Assembly: GCA_964202905.1 (NCBI GenBank)
Contig: CAXNJO010000012.1
Span: 86,308-150,307, forward strand
Source of the DNA: Polyangiales bacterium
GTDB lineage: Bacteria > Myxococcota_A > Polyangia > Polyangiales > JADJQN01
Length of the DNA stretch: 64,000 bases
Direction of reading: 5' to 3'
The notes under the pieces are model-generated. The model saw nothing but the letters and a program-made list of their open reading frames with translations. It was not told where the DNA came from and made no database searches. Of this stretch, positions 22,590 to 34,113 are shown in pieces (the stretch's first letter is position 1; each line of letters starts with the position of its first letter). The translations under genes were made by a program, and so were the position numbers.

Positions 22590-24891
22590 TCAGCTGCCCG
22601 ACTGCTCGAGGATGATGAACTGCGAGCGGCGGTTGCGCGCGCGGTTCGCGGGCGTGATGTTCGGCACGAGCGGGCGGGTCGAGCCGAAGCCCTTCGCCTC
22701 GAGGCGGCTCGACTCGACGCCGCCCTGCTCGGTGAGCCAGCGACGCACGGCGTCCGCGCGGCGCTGCGAGAGGTCGAGGTTGTGGTCCGCGGAGCCGACG
22801 TTGTCGGTGTGGCCTTGGATTTCGACCTTCGTGAGCTGCGCATTGCGGAGCATGACGTCCGCGATCTCCGCGAGGAGCGCCGTGCTCGACGCCTCGATCA
22901 CGTCGCTGTCGGTCGCGAAGTTGATCTGGCGGCGGATGACGATCTCGCGGCGACTCACCGTGACGGTGGCGCGGGTCGGCTTGCTGACGAGCGTGACGCT
23001 CAGGTTCGACGTCTCACGCGGGCGAACGTCGAAGGTGGCCGTCTTGAGGAAGAAGCCCTCGGCCTCGAGGCGCGCCGTGTAGCTGCCCGGCGTCAGCCCC
23101 TCGAGCGAGAACCCACCGGACGCGTCCGTCGTCGCCTGACGCGACATCGGGCCGGTGATCGCGACCGACGCGCCGCCGACGGCCGCGCCCGAATCACCCG
23201 TGACGTTCGCGCGCACGTTGCCGAGGCGCGGGAGCGGCTCGAGCTCGCAGCGGACCTCGACCGTCGCGATCTCGCGGGCGGGCGTGGGCTCGCCGGCCGG
23301 GGCCGGCGTCGCAGGGGCCGCCGGCGTCGGGATCGTCGCGACGCACGTGCCGGTGTTGTACTCGGGGTGGGCGACCGAGAGCTGCACGTCACCCGGCTCG
23401 AGCTCGTACGTGGTGAAGGTGCCGTCCTCGGCCGCGTGCAGCGCCGTGAGCGCCCGCGCCGGGAACGAGATGACCGCGCCGGCGACCGCCGTGCCCACGC
23501 CGCGCTCGACGACGACGCCGTGGATGCGGCCCTTCGGGGGCAGCGGCGCCTCGCGCACGACCTCGACCTGGACCTCGCGGATCGTTTCGACGCGCTCGAC
23601 CTGCGGGCGCGTGTCGTACGCGTAGCCGACGCCGAGCATGACGTTGTACGGCGCGGTGGCGGCGAGCTCACGCACCGAGGTCGTCACACCCGTGAGGCCG
23701 ATGTCGACCGCGGCGAACGCCGCGAGGCCGCGGAACGGCGGGAGGACGCGCACGCCGAGGGTCAGCGTCTGCGGGAAGGACGACGCGCCCTGGATGTCGA
23801 GGCAGCCGTCGTCGCCGGCGATCGGCGTCACGCTGCCCGGCGCGCTCGGGACGAAGAGGCAGCTGTAGCCCTGCCGGTTGATGGGCACCGCGAGGCGCCA
23901 CTCGAGCATCGGGCTGATGACAGAAGTTCTCGGCGGCCTTGAGCGGCGCCTCGACACCGAGCGCGAACGCGAGGCGGTCGACGCGGTTGATGCCGAGCGC
24001 GAAGCGCTCGACGCGCGAGAGCAGGTTGCGCGTCTCGTCGCCGTAGTCCGGGTCGCGGTCGGCGGGGTCGAGCGCATCGTAACGCTGACGCTCGATGCTG
24101 TTCGTGAGCTGCGACGAATTGTCGAGGAAATACTGGAGGTTGAAGCGCGCGACGATCGGCAGCGGGCGCGCGAGGCGGCGGAAGTCGCCCGTCACGTTGC
24201 CGCGGATGCCGAGGCTGGTGCTCTTGCCGACGAGGCCGATGTCGCCGACGGTGTTGAGCAGCGCGAGGGTCAGGTCGCCGCCGACCGTGAGCCACGGGAG
24301 CTTCGGCAGCGTGTAGAAGCCCTTCGCGCCGAGCGTCGTGTCGCCGAGCACCTGGAAGAGCGAGGGGCTCTCGGTGTCGTTCGAGTTCGCGTAGCTCGAG
24401 ATGGTGCCGAAGACCTCGAGGAAGTCGAGGGGCGTCCAGCTCAGGCTGAGCGCGCCGCCGACCTGACCGTTGGTGTCGCCCTCGTTGAGGAAGTCGGTCG
24501 CGGAGAAGAAGTTCGTGCCGAGCTGGAGCCGGAAGGTGCCCCGCCCGCCGCCGCCCGCGTCGACGACGCGGATGCCACCCGTGGGCCCACCCCAGGTGTT
24601 GTGCGCTTGGAAGCGCTGCGCGCGGAGACGCTCGGCGGCGTCCCCCGGCTCGGCCGCAGACGCGGCGTCGGTGACCGGAGCCGCCTCCCCGTCGTCCGCG
24701 GTGTCGGCGTCATCCCCGGCGGGCGCGTCGCCCTCGACGGTGGACGGCTCCGACGAGTCGGCGGTGTCGAACTCGTCTTCGAAGTCGTCCTGCGCGCGGA
24801 CCATCGACGGACCGAGCGAGGCTCCGGCGAGGAACGCTGCGGCGAAAAGAACAAGGAAGAAACGGACCTTCGAGACTGTTGCGATGCGCAT
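22590..24891 (-). CDS. OmpA-family outer-membrane protein with carboxypeptidase-regulatory-like domains (frameshift near 23922)
   Basis: C-terminal INFATDS, IQGHTD, NLDLSQRRA and RARNRR; beta-barrel-like N-terminus with signal peptide in another frame; removing one T in TTCTGTC joins ENF-VISPMLEW. Confidence 0.82.
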
Positions 24892-25018
24892 CGGTGCTCC
24901 TCGCCCATGACGGCAGGCGCCGGGGTGCACTCCCGCCCCGACGGCGCGCCCTTCATACACCGACCGCGCGCAAAGATCCAAGAATCCCCGCCGAAGTCGT
25001 GCGCGACCCGCGCGGACG

Positions 25019-25360
25019 TCAGCGCGCGCTCGGCACCGTGAGCCGGACCTGACCGCTCGGAGCGATCATCACGGTGTGCGGCGCCGGCGCAGGGCCGCCC
25101 CCGTCGGGCACGAAGCGCACCGTCGCGAGCCCGCCCGGGACGCCGGCGATCGTGCACGCGCCCGCGCGGGTGTGGCAGGTGTACGAGCGCGCGGGCGGGG
25201 TGTTCGGCGTGATCGTCACGGTGCCGTCCACGGGGGGACGCACCTCGACCTGGACGGTGGCCTCGGCGAGGGCGGCGCGGGGCGCGGCGCCGACGAGGAA
25301 GCAGAGAGCCAGAGAGAGCGCGGAGACGAGGGGCGCGAGGCGGACGCGGGGGCGAAGCAT
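25019..25360 (-). CDS. Small secreted beta-sandwich hypothetical protein
   Basis: Signal peptide ending AALA; beta-rich domain with a Cys pair. Confidence 0.6.
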   Translation of the reverse strand: MLRPRVRLAPLVSALSLALCFLVGAAPRAALAEATVQVEVRPPVDGTVTITPNTPPARSYTCHTRAGACTIAGVPGGLATVRFVPDGGGPAPAPHTVMIAPSGQVRLTVPSAR

Positions 25361-25535
25361 GGGTCGGACCTCTCGGCGAAGTACGCGGCGGCGGCGCGCA
25401 GCGGGGAGCGTGGCAGCGCGGGGCTGGGACGCAGCCGCGTGGGCGTTGATTCTATGCCGGACGCGCACCGCGCACGCCACCAAGCCGGGGCGGCGATTTC
25501 TGGCCCCGGATCGGCACCGCGATAGAGTCCGCGCC

Positions 25536-27905
25536 ATGTCGAGCCGCACGCGCCTCCGCTCCCTCGCCTCGCTCGCGTCCGCCGCGGGCCTCGCCGCCTC
25601 GCTCGCGGGTTGCAGCCCGACGCGCAGCGGGCCCACGCCGGGAGCCCCGATCCGTCGTGAGCGCGCGGCGACCGCGCCGACGACGGCCCCGACGCAGGAA
25701 GCCACGCCCGCGCACGCCGACGCGCCGGCCCGCCCCGCGCCGAGCGTGCCGACGACGACGGCGCGCGTGCACTTCGCGCTCGCGGCGCACGTCGCGCGGG
25801 CGGAGCTGCGCAGCGGGCCGGTGTTGCTCGAGGACCACGGCGTGCCCGGCGGCGCGAAGTACACGCTCGGCGGCTGGCTGACGAGCACGGGGGACGACCG
25901 CGTCGTCGCAGGCGCGAGCGCGATGGTCATGCCGGGCACCACCGCCAAACTCGCGCTGCCGGCCGAGCGCACCGACGCGCAGGTGATCGCCGTGCGTGCG
26001 CGGGCCGGGCGACGCGAGCGGCTGCGCGTCTTCCTGAACGCGCGCGAGATCGGCAGCGGCGAGCTCGCGGCCGACGGTGCGTGGACGACGGTGCGCGTGT
26101 CGGTCGCCGCGGGCGCGCTCAAGCGCGGTGAGAACACGCTGCTGCTCCGCGCGGAGAGCGCGGGGCTCGCCGTCGATTGGGTGAAGCTCGGTCCGGACGC
26201 GGACGTCACCGACGCGCCGCCGCCGTCGCCCGAGCAGCTCGTCGCGCTCGAGGGCGGCGAGCCGGCGCTCGTGCTGCCGGCGGGCTTGCGCGCGGGCTTC
26301 GCGCTCGAGGTGCCCCGCGGTGCGCGATTCCGCGCACGCGTGAAGGGCGCGGAGGGCGCGCAACTCGAGGTGGTCGCGCAACGCGACGGCGCCGACGAGC
26401 TCGTGCTCGGGCGGACGGCGGCGACGGCGCAGGGCGCGGCGATCGACGCGGACCTCGGCGCGCTCGCCGGTCAGATCGTGCGGATCGAGCTGCGCGCGCA
26501 GGGCGGCGAGACGCGCGCAGTCGGCCCCGCGGTGGTGACGCTGGACGGCGCGGCGCCCGCGGCCTCGCGGCCCGTGAAGAACGCCATCGTCTACCTCATC
26601 GACACGCTGCGCGCCGACAAGCTCCAGGCGGTGAACGCGCGCAGCCGCGTGCAGACGCCGGGCCTCGCGCGCTTCATCGAGCAGGCCGCCGTGATGGCCG
26701 GCGCACACACGCAGGAGAACTGGACGAAGCCGAGCGTCACGACGCTGCTCTCGTCGCTCTTCCCCTGGCAACATCAGGCGGTGACGACCGAGGCGGTCGT
26801 GCCGGCCGCGGTGGAGTTGATCCCCGAGACGCTCTCGGCGCGCGGTTTTCACACCGGCGCGTTCATCGCGAACGGCTACGTCTCGGATCGCTTCGGCTTT
26901 CGGCAGGGCTGGACCTCGTACCGCAACTACGTGCGCGAGGGGCGCCGCAACGTCGCGCAGTACGTCGCGGCCGACGTGCTCGAGTGGCTCGACCAGCGCC
27001 CGCAGGAGAAGCCGTTCTTCCTCTACGTCCACACGATCGATCCGCACGTCCCCTACAAGCCGCCCCGCCAGTTCCTCGAGATGTACGACGCGACGCCCTA
27101 CTCCGGCGTCGTCGACTTCTCGTCGGACAACGAACTTCTCGAGAAGATCAAGGCGGGCCGCATCCCGCTCGACGCGCGCGACAAGGTGCACCTCGAGGCG
27201 CTCTACGACGGCGAGATCAGCTACCACGACGTGCACTTCAACGCGATCGTCGACGGCCTCGCGCGGCGCGGCCTCGCCGACGACACGATGGTCATCATCG
27301 TCGCCGATCACGGCGAGGAGTTCTGGGACCACGGCTCCGTCGGGCACGGGCACTCCGTGTACGAGGAGCTGCTGCACATCCCGATGATCGTGCGGCTTCC
27401 CGGCACGACGCAGCGGCCGCTGCGCGTCGAGGACGCCGTCGGGCTCGTCGACGTGATGCCCACCGTTCTCGAGGCGCTCGGCCAGCCGCTGCCCGACGGG
27501 CTCGCGGGGCAGTCGTTCCTGCCGCTGCTGCGCGGCGAGACGCCCGACGCGCCGCGCGCGACGGTGAGCGGCTTCATGGAGGGCTGGCGCACGGTGGTGA
27601 GCGGCCGCTACAAGCTCATCCACCGCACGCTCGAGCGGCAGATGCTCTACGACCTCGAGCGCGATCCGCGTGAGCAGACCGATCTCGCCGCCGATCGCCC
27701 GATCGCGGTGCGCTACCTGCGCGGGATGCTCGGGCTCGCGCTCGGCGCCGTCGAGGGCACGCCGGCCCAGACCCCGGCGCAAGGGCGACCGACGACCGCG
27801 CCGCGCGCACGGCCGCAGGTGCACGCGCAGGAGACGACGACGATCGATCCGCAGACGGAAGAGCAGCTGCGCGCCCTCGGCTACATCCCGGGCGCGCGGC
27901 GCTGA
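25536..27905 (+). CDS. Sulfatase-like (alkaline phosphatase superfamily) lipoprotein
   Basis: Lipobox LAG-C; IDTLRAD, WTKPS, HTIDPHVPY, YDGEI, ADHGEEF and EQLRALGY motifs. Confidence 0.88.
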   Translation: MSSRTRLRSLASLASAAGLAASLAGCSPTRSGPTPGAPIRRERAATAPTTAPTQEATPAHADAPARPAPSVPTTTARVHFALAAHVARAELRSGPVLLEDHGVPGGAKYTLGGWLTSTGDDRVVAGASAMVMPGTTAKLALPAERTDAQVIAVRARAGRRERLRVFLNAREIGSGELAADGAWTTVRVSVAAGALKRGENTLLLRAESAGLAVDWVKLGPDADVTDAPPPSPEQLVALEGGEPALVLPAGLRAGFALEVPRGARFRARVKGAEGAQLEVVAQRDGADELVLGRTAATAQGAAIDADLGALAGQIVRIELRAQGGETRAVGPAVVTLDGAAPAASRPVKNAIVYLIDTLRADKLQAVNARSRVQTPGLARFIEQAAVMAGAHTQENWTKPSVTTLLSSLFPWQHQAVTTEAVVPAAVELIPETLSARGFHTGAFIANGYVSDRFGFRQGWTSYRNYVREGRRNVAQYVAADVLEWLDQRPQEKPFFLYVHTIDPHVPYKPPRQFLEMYDATPYSGVVDFSSDNELLEKIKAGRIPLDARDKVHLEALYDGEISYHDVHFNAIVDGLARRGLADDTMVIIVADHGEEFWDHGSVGHGHSVYEELLHIPMIVRLPGTTQRPLRVEDAVGLVDVMPTVLEALGQPLPDGLAGQSFLPLLRGETPDAPRATVSGFMEGWRTVVSGRYKLIHRTLERQMLYDLERDPREQTDLAADRPIAVRYLRGMLGLALGAVEGTPAQTPAQGRPTTAPRARPQVHAQETTTIDPQTEEQLRALGYIPGARR

Positions 27906-27962
27906 ACGGGGCGGCGCGGGGCAGTCCCGCGCACGCCGGATTCGTGGCGACACCAACCCGTT

Positions 27963-28069
27963 GCGCGCCGACGAACCGAGCGCGCCCACGAACCGAGCGC
28001 GCCGACGAACCGAGCGCGCCGGTGAAACGAGCGCGCCGGTGAAACGAGCGCGCCGACGAAACGAGCGCG
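27963..28069. repeat. 17-bp tandem repeat, about 6.3 copies
   Basis: Unit GCGCGCC(G/C)(AC/GT)GAA(C/A)CGA repeated without spacers between convergent genes. Confidence 0.85.
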
Positions 28070-28070
28070 G

Positions 28071-29150
28071 CTACGCGCCAGCGGGGCGCGGCGCTGGGTC
28101 GATGCGGCGCGCCTCGCCAGCCGGGCGCGGCGGGCGAGCCGGCACGGGCAGCCCGCGGTCGCCCCACGCGAACACCCCGAGCGACGGTCGCGCGACGGGC
28201 GGCTCGGCGGCCGGCGTCCACGAGGCCGCCAGGGTCGGGCGCCCGAGCGGACCACGCGGCGACGCGGTCGGCGCAGGACGCGCGGCCGGGGCCTTCGACA
28301 CGTCGGGGACCACGCGCGACGGAGTGGGTGCGGGGGGCACCGGGGCCGCGAGCGACTCGATCGCCTCGACCGGCTCGGCCAGTCCGAGTTCCGCGTCGGA
28401 CGCATCCGCCTCGATCGACGCCTCGCCCGCGTCGGCCCACTCGCCTGCGTCCTCGGCCGCCGCGTCCGCGACGTCGGCACCGATGTCGTCCACGGCATCG
28501 TCCGCGACCGCCGCGACACCGAGCGCGCCGAGGTCGAAGGCGGCCGTGTCCCCCGATGCATCCTCCGCGCCGGCCTCGAGCGATTCGTCCTCCGCGTCGG
28601 CGTCGAGCGATTCGTCCTCCGCGTCGGCGTCGAACACGGCGGGCCCTGCAGCGTCCTCGGCGCCGGCGTCGAACGCCGCCGCTGCCTGCGCAGCGTCGTC
28701 GGCCGCGGCGTCGTCGCCCGCAGCCTCGACCGACGCGTCATCGCCCGCCGCGCCCGCGTCGGCCGCTGGCTCTTCCCCGGCCTCGGCGCCCAGCTCCGCT
28801 GCGTCACCGCCCTCGGCGTCCGCAGCGCCCTGCGAGGCCTCGAACCCCAGCAGGATGCGCTCCCACGCCTCGCTGGGGGCGCCCTCGTCGACCTGCAATT
28901 CGCCGAGGTAGATGTCGAAGCGCTCGGCGGCAAACTCCTCGCCGTTGTCGTTCGTGCCCGCGTGCTGACCGAGCCCGGCGAGCCCCGGCGTGCCGTCCAC
29001 GAGCAGCACCTCGAAGCGGATCCACTCGCCTTCCGGCACGTCCTCCGGCGCGCGGAGCACGAGGTGCTCGCCCGTGAAGAACGGCGTGAGCCCGTCGACG
29101 AGCTCGGTCACGTCCTGGAAGGGGCTCTGGATCGTCAGCGGGTGCGTCAT
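28071..29150 (-). CDS. Hypothetical protein with acidic low-complexity linker
   Basis: 359-aa ORF with ATGA coupling to xseB; globular N-terminus; DADAEDESL duplication. Confidence 0.7.
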   Translation of the reverse strand: MTHPLTIQSPFQDVTELVDGLTPFFTGEHLVLRAPEDVPEGEWIRFEVLLVDGTPGLAGLGQHAGTNDNGEEFAAERFDIYLGELQVDEGAPSEAWERILLGFEASQGAADAEGGDAAELGAEAGEEPAADAGAAGDDASVEAAGDDAAADDAAQAAAAFDAGAEDAAGPAVFDADAEDESLDADAEDESLEAGAEDASGDTAAFDLGALGVAAVADDAVDDIGADVADAAAEDAGEWADAGEASIEADASDAELGLAEPVEAIESLAAPVPPAPTPSRVVPDVSKAPAARPAPTASPRGPLGRPTLAASWTPAAEPPVARPSLGVFAWGDRGLPVPARPPRPAGEARRIDPAPRPAGA

Positions 29151-29395
29151 CGGTTCTCCTCTTCGTCGAAAGGCCGCGTGCGCACGCCGCCGGACTCGTC
29201 GCCGAGCAGGCGCTCGACGCGCTGCTCCGCCTCTTCGAGGCGTCGTTGTCCGAGCCGCGAGAGCTGCACGCCCTCCTCGAAGATCGCGAGCGATTGCTCG
29301 AGCGGGAGGTCCCCGCGCTCGAGGTCGTCGACGACCTTTTGAAGCCGCGCGAGGAGCTCCTCGAAGGGCACGGACTCGGTGGGCGGGTTCGGCAT
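29147..29395 (-). CDS. xseB: Exodeoxyribonuclease VII small subunit
   Basis: FEELLARLQKVVDDLERGDLPLEQSLAIFEEGVQL...LEEAEQRV. Confidence 0.93.
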   Translation of the reverse strand: MPNPPTESVPFEELLARLQKVVDDLERGDLPLEQSLAIFEEGVQLSRLGQRRLEEAEQRVERLLGDESGGVRTRPFDEEENR

Positions 29396-29620
29396 GGGCA
29401 CGACCGCGCGGAACGATGCACGAGCCGCGGCGCGCACGTCAATCGTTCTCGCGGCGGCGAGACCACAGGCGGCGCGGGAACGCGTGGGCCGCGGCGTCGG
29501 ATGCGGGCGTCGATCCGAGGACCGATGCGCGGGCCGATGGATACGGGCGACGTCGAGTCGGGACGCCCGGACGCCGCCGAGTCCCCGCCACGCGACGCGC
29601 CGACACCGGCCCCGGCGCGC

Positions 29621-31588
29621 TCAATCCCCGGCGGCGCGCGCACGCCGGAGCGCTGCGAGAAAGGGCGCCACGAGCCCCCGGCTCCCGTGAAGGGAGAGGT
29701 GGTCGTCGTCGCGGAAGACCGGCCGACCATCGAGGAACGGGGTGCAGAACGGCCCAGGGCAGAGCAGGTCGTACGGGTCCCAGACCGCGACGCCCCGCTC
29801 CCGCGCGAGGCCCGCGACGAAGGAGGCCGCCTCGCTTCGCTCACGCAGATCGCGCTCGCGCGGCTTCCGGCAGGCCTCGGGCACCGTCGAATAGGGCGTC
29901 TCGATGCAATCGAAGGCGTGTCGCCCCTGCACCGGCAGGGGGGCCTGGACGAGCAACGTCGCGCCCCGGCTGGCCGTCATCGCCCGGAGCTCGGCGACCG
30001 CGCGCCGGACGGGGGCGTCGATGCGGTAGGAGCGCAGAAACGCCGAGAGCATGACGACGTCGCCCGGCGAGGCCTCGCGTCGAATCACCTCTCGAACGTG
30101 GTTCCAGTACGCCCCGCACGAGTCGCTTCCCGGGTTGGATCCGCGGACCTCGCAACCATCGTGAGAGAAGACGTAAAGATCGTATTCACGCCTCGCCAAT
30201 CCACCCAACAACATGGGCCAATTGGCGAATGCGTGGCTGTCACCGAACGACCAGAGTCGATAGGGCGCGCCCGCTTGCGCGCGGAACCGACAGCGCGGCT
30301 CGATGCTGCGCGGCACGCTCGCACCGGCCGTCAGATGGCAGACGCGGGGTGCGACCTTCCCCTCGACGAGCGCCCCCTCGTCGACGGCCCAATCCGTCGA
30401 CCATCTCTGATGGCTCCCCAGGTAGAGGTCGAAACGATGGCGGCGGAGCTGATCGACGCCGAGGCAGGCGACCAGGGCGACGGCGAGTCCGACGACGATC
30501 GGCCGCCACCTCTCCCCGTGCGCCGCATGTCGAACTGGACTCTCGACGAGATGGTGGGAGGCGAGGGTCCCGAGCACCGTGAGCGCGAGCGCGGCGACGA
30601 TCGACGGTGTCGTCCCTTCGCCATGGAGCCGCGTGGCGATCGCGATGGCCGGCCAATGCCAGAGATAGAGTGAATAGGAGATTCGCCCGAGATACACGAG
30701 CGGTCCGCTCGCGAGCGCGGAAGACACCGGCCCCGTTCCACCGGTTCCGCACGCGATCAGGAGTGCGGCGCCGACCGCTGCGGGGATGGCACCGGGCATC
30801 GGAAAGCCCTGCGACGGCGTCAGGATGCCGGCGAACACGACGAGAACGAGGCCTGTGATCTGTCCAGACAGACTCCAGCGTGGATTCCCGCGCACCGCGC
30901 GCGCGATCGAGTCGGAGCGGAGCGCGAGGAGCGCCCCCAACGCGAGCTCCCAGAAACGACTCGGCATCGCGAAGTAGGCCAACGAGGGTGTGGAAACGCT
31001 CCAACACGCACTCGCCACGAGGGATGTGAGACCCGCGAACGTCACCGTGGCGAGGAGCGCGCGCCTCGGCGCGGTCTTCGTCGCTTTCGCCAAGGCGGAA
31101 GCGAACCACCACAGCAAGGGATACAACGCGTAGAACTGCTCCTCGACGGCGAGCGACCAGGTGTGCGTGAAGGGATTGGGCAGTACGTCCCCATCGAAGT
31201 ACGACTTGCCCAGCCGGAGAAGATAGAAGTTCGACAATCCGAACACGGATGTCATCGCCGTGCGGAACACAGCGACGTTGAACTCGTTGGGCACCGGCGG
31301 AACGAGGCTGGCGTAAAGCAAGGATGCGCCGAGAATCGCGGCGATGAGCGCGGGGCCCAATCGCCTGACGCGCCGCGCGTAGAAATCGACGACGCTGAAT
31401 CCCTCGCCGACGTCGCGTCCGAGGAGACTCGCGGTGACGACGAACCCCGAGATCACGAAGAAGACGTCGACGCCGACGAAGCCACCGGGCATCCAGCCAT
31501 CGCGGAGGTGAAACACCACGACGAGGAGCACGGCGATGGCGCGCAGCCCATCGATGTCGCCCCGATACGTCCGCGGAGCATGGGACAT
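29621..31588 (-). CDS. Acyltransferase-3 + SGNH O-acetyltransferase (OafA-like)
   Basis: YRGDIDGLRAIAV, GFVGVDVFFVISG, HTWSLAVEEQFY, ISYSLYLWHWP, GDSH and DDDHLS motifs. Confidence 0.92.
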   Translation of the reverse strand: MSHAPRTYRGDIDGLRAIAVLLVVVFHLRDGWMPGGFVGVDVFFVISGFVVTASLLGRDVGEGFSVVDFYARRVRRLGPALIAAILGASLLYASLVPPVPNEFNVAVFRTAMTSVFGLSNFYLLRLGKSYFDGDVLPNPFTHTWSLAVEEQFYALYPLLWWFASALAKATKTAPRRALLATVTFAGLTSLVASACWSVSTPSLAYFAMPSRFWELALGALLALRSDSIARAVRGNPRWSLSGQITGLVLVVFAGILTPSQGFPMPGAIPAAVGAALLIACGTGGTGPVSSALASGPLVYLGRISYSLYLWHWPAIAIATRLHGEGTTPSIVAALALTVLGTLASHHLVESPVRHAAHGERWRPIVVGLAVALVACLGVDQLRRHRFDLYLGSHQRWSTDWAVDEGALVEGKVAPRVCHLTAGASVPRSIEPRCRFRAQAGAPYRLWSFGDSHAFANWPMLLGGLARREYDLYVFSHDGCEVRGSNPGSDSCGAYWNHVREVIRREASPGDVVMLSAFLRSYRIDAPVRRAVAELRAMTASRGATLLVQAPLPVQGRHAFDCIETPYSTVPEACRKPRERDLRERSEAASFVAGLARERGVAVWDPYDLLCPGPFCTPFLDGRPVFRDDDHLSLHGSRGLVAPFLAALRRARAAGD

Positions 31589-31982
31589 GGGTTCACTCGG
31601 TTGGCGCTCGTCGCGCATCGTCGTGCAGAGGATGCGGCGTACGGGAGAGACAGGTGGCCGCGCGCGACGCGTGCGACTGGGAGCGGGGAGTGGGCGCGTG
31701 CGACGTGGCGAGGGTTCGAACCCACTGCGCCGTGCGTGCTCGGAGTGGATACGAAGGAGGGTCGACCGTCAATGGACGATGGAGCCGGCCACACGATCTC
31801 GCTGCGCGGCGCGCCGCCGGAGCAGGCCCTCCTCGCAGCATCGAGCGCTGCGAACGACGTCGTTCGCGCCACCGCATGCGGGCGCGTGACGGGTGAGTCG
31901 GAAGCGAGGCTGCGACGCGCGCCGCGCGGTGTCTGCGCCACGCATCCTCCGCACCACGGTGTCGCCGAGGCGCGCGCGCCGT

Positions 31983-34113
31983 TCAGGGCGCGACGGCGTC
32001 GCCGGCGTGGAGCGTGACGTCCGCGACGCCCGCGGCCAGGTCGGGCACGAAGAGCGCGCCGCCGGGGAGCGCGCGGCGCCGCTGCAGGCGCCCGTCGGGG
32101 AGCCGGAGGTCGAGACCGACGCCCTCCGCGCGCGGCGCCCCCCCGAGCGCGAGCCGCACATGCAGGACGTGCTCGCCGCGGAGCGTGAGCGGCGCGGGGC
32201 GTCCGTTCGCAGCGGCCGCGTGCGCGTCGAGCAACGCCGCGCGGACGCGGTCAGCGGCGCAGGACCGCGCTTCGGCGGCGAGCGCAGCGGCGAACGTCGG
32301 CCGTGCGGGGAGCGCGGCGAGCGCGCGGGCCGCCGCGACGGCCACGACCTCGGAGTCGTCGCGCGTCGCCGCGAGCAGCGCCCGTGACGCGCCCACATCG
32401 GCCGCGAGCGCGAGGGCGCGGGCGGCTGCGGCGCGGAGCCGCTCATCAGGGGCGCGGAGCGCAGCGCGGGCGAGGACCGCGAAGCGGCGGCGATCCTCCG
32501 GCGACGCGCCATCGAGCGAGGCGGCCGCGAGCTCGAGGGCCTCCGGGCCCGTCTCGGGGTCGTGCGTCCGCGCCAACAGCGGCGCCACCGGCGACGCGAC
32601 ACGCAGCGAGCGGGCTGCATCCGCGAGGCGACGCCAGGCCTCCGCGTCGTCTTCGCGGGCGAGCGCGGCGAGGACGTCAGCCCCGAGCGTGGGATCGCCG
32701 AGCGCCTCGGCGCCTTCGGCCGCTGCCGCCCGCGCCGCGGCAGCGGCCGGGGCGGCGTCCCGCAGCGCGGCCCGCCAGCAACGGCGCGACCGCGGCGTCC
32801 CGCGCGAGCGCGCGGAGCAGCGCGGCCTCGGGCGCGCGAAGCGTCGCGCAGGCGAGCGCGAGGGCCTCGCGTCCCTCCGCCGCGACCGCCGCATCGAGGT
32901 CGGCGCCCCAGGTGCGGAGCGCGACGGCGAGCGCACCAGCCACGGTGCGCTGCAGGCCGGGTCGGGCGCGGAGGGCGAGGCGCGTGAGGGTCGGGACGCC
33001 TGCGCCCCCTGCGAGCGCGCCGAGGGCCGCGGCGACCGACTCCGGCTGCGCATCGACGGCGACCCGCGCCTCGAGGAGCGGCGCAAAGCGCGGATGCGTC
33101 GCGGCGAGGAGCAGCACGCGCGCGGCGCCGAGCAGGGCGGGGTCGGCGTCGGTGAGTACGGCGGAGATCGCGGCCGCACCGGCGCGCGGATCGGCGGCCA
33201 CGAGCGCCGCGAGCGCCGCGCGACGCTCCTCCGCGCGGCCCGATCGCAGGCGCGCCTCGAGGACCGCGACGTGCGACGCATCGCCGAGCACGGCGAGCGC
33301 ACCGAGCGCGGCGAGCACGACCTCGGGCGCCGCGTCGCCGACGCGCGCGGCCACCGCGTCCGCGGCCCGCGCATCACCGAGCGCGGCGAGCGCCTCGAGC
33401 CCGGCGATGCGATCGGCCTCTCGCGGCGAGTCGAGCAACGCGACGAGGGGCGCCGTCGCCCGCGCGTCCCCGAGCGCCCCGAGCGCTTGCGCCGCCGCGA
33501 CCGCCGCGGGCGGATCCGCGAGCGCACGCAGCAACTTCGGGACCACGACCGGCCCGACGCGCACGAGCATCGGCGCGAAGACCGTCGACGCGTCCGGCCC
33601 GGCGAGCCCGCGTACGAGCGCACGCAGGGCCGCGTCGTTGCCGAGCCCCGCGAGGGCACGCGCCGCGAGCCCGCGCTCGACGGGGTCGCCGCGCTCGGCG
33701 ATGAGCGCGAGCGCGACCACGGACTCCGGACGCGCGCAGCGCGCAAGCGCGACGAGGAGCGCCTCCCGCACACGCGGCGCCTGCTCGCGCGCAAGCGCTG
33801 CGCGCAGCGTCGGCTCGGGCGACGCACCCTCGGGGACCTGCGCCAGCAGCGTCGCGGCCGCGATCCGCGCCGGCTCGTCCGCCACGCCCTCCCCAAGAAG
33901 CGTCGCGCGCGCCCGCGAGACGCCGAGCACCGCGGTCCACGCACGCGGCGCGGGCTCGTCCGCGCGCACGACGCGCCCGCGCCCGCCGACGACGCCCACG
34001 AGCAGCCACGCGAGCACAGCGGCCCACCGTCCATGCGCGGTGCGGCCTCGCTGCGACGCCCCGCCCGCGTGGCCTGCCGCACGGGCCGCCACCGGCACGA
34101 CGCGCGGGGTCAC
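31983..34113 (-). CDS. HEAT-repeat protein (frameshift near 32772)
   Basis: Repeated ALGALGD HEAT-like units; N-terminal part in the 32677..34113 frame and C-terminal part in the 31983 frame. Confidence 0.7.

Noticed and set aside
27963..28069. Possible CRISPR array
   Set aside because: The 17-bp units are contiguous with no unique spacers and there is no cas operon; the Cas4-like gene at 51893 belongs to the helicase operon
31700..31730. tRNA-like GGGTTCGAACCC motif
   Set aside because: No full T-stem, D-arm or acceptor stem can be built around it
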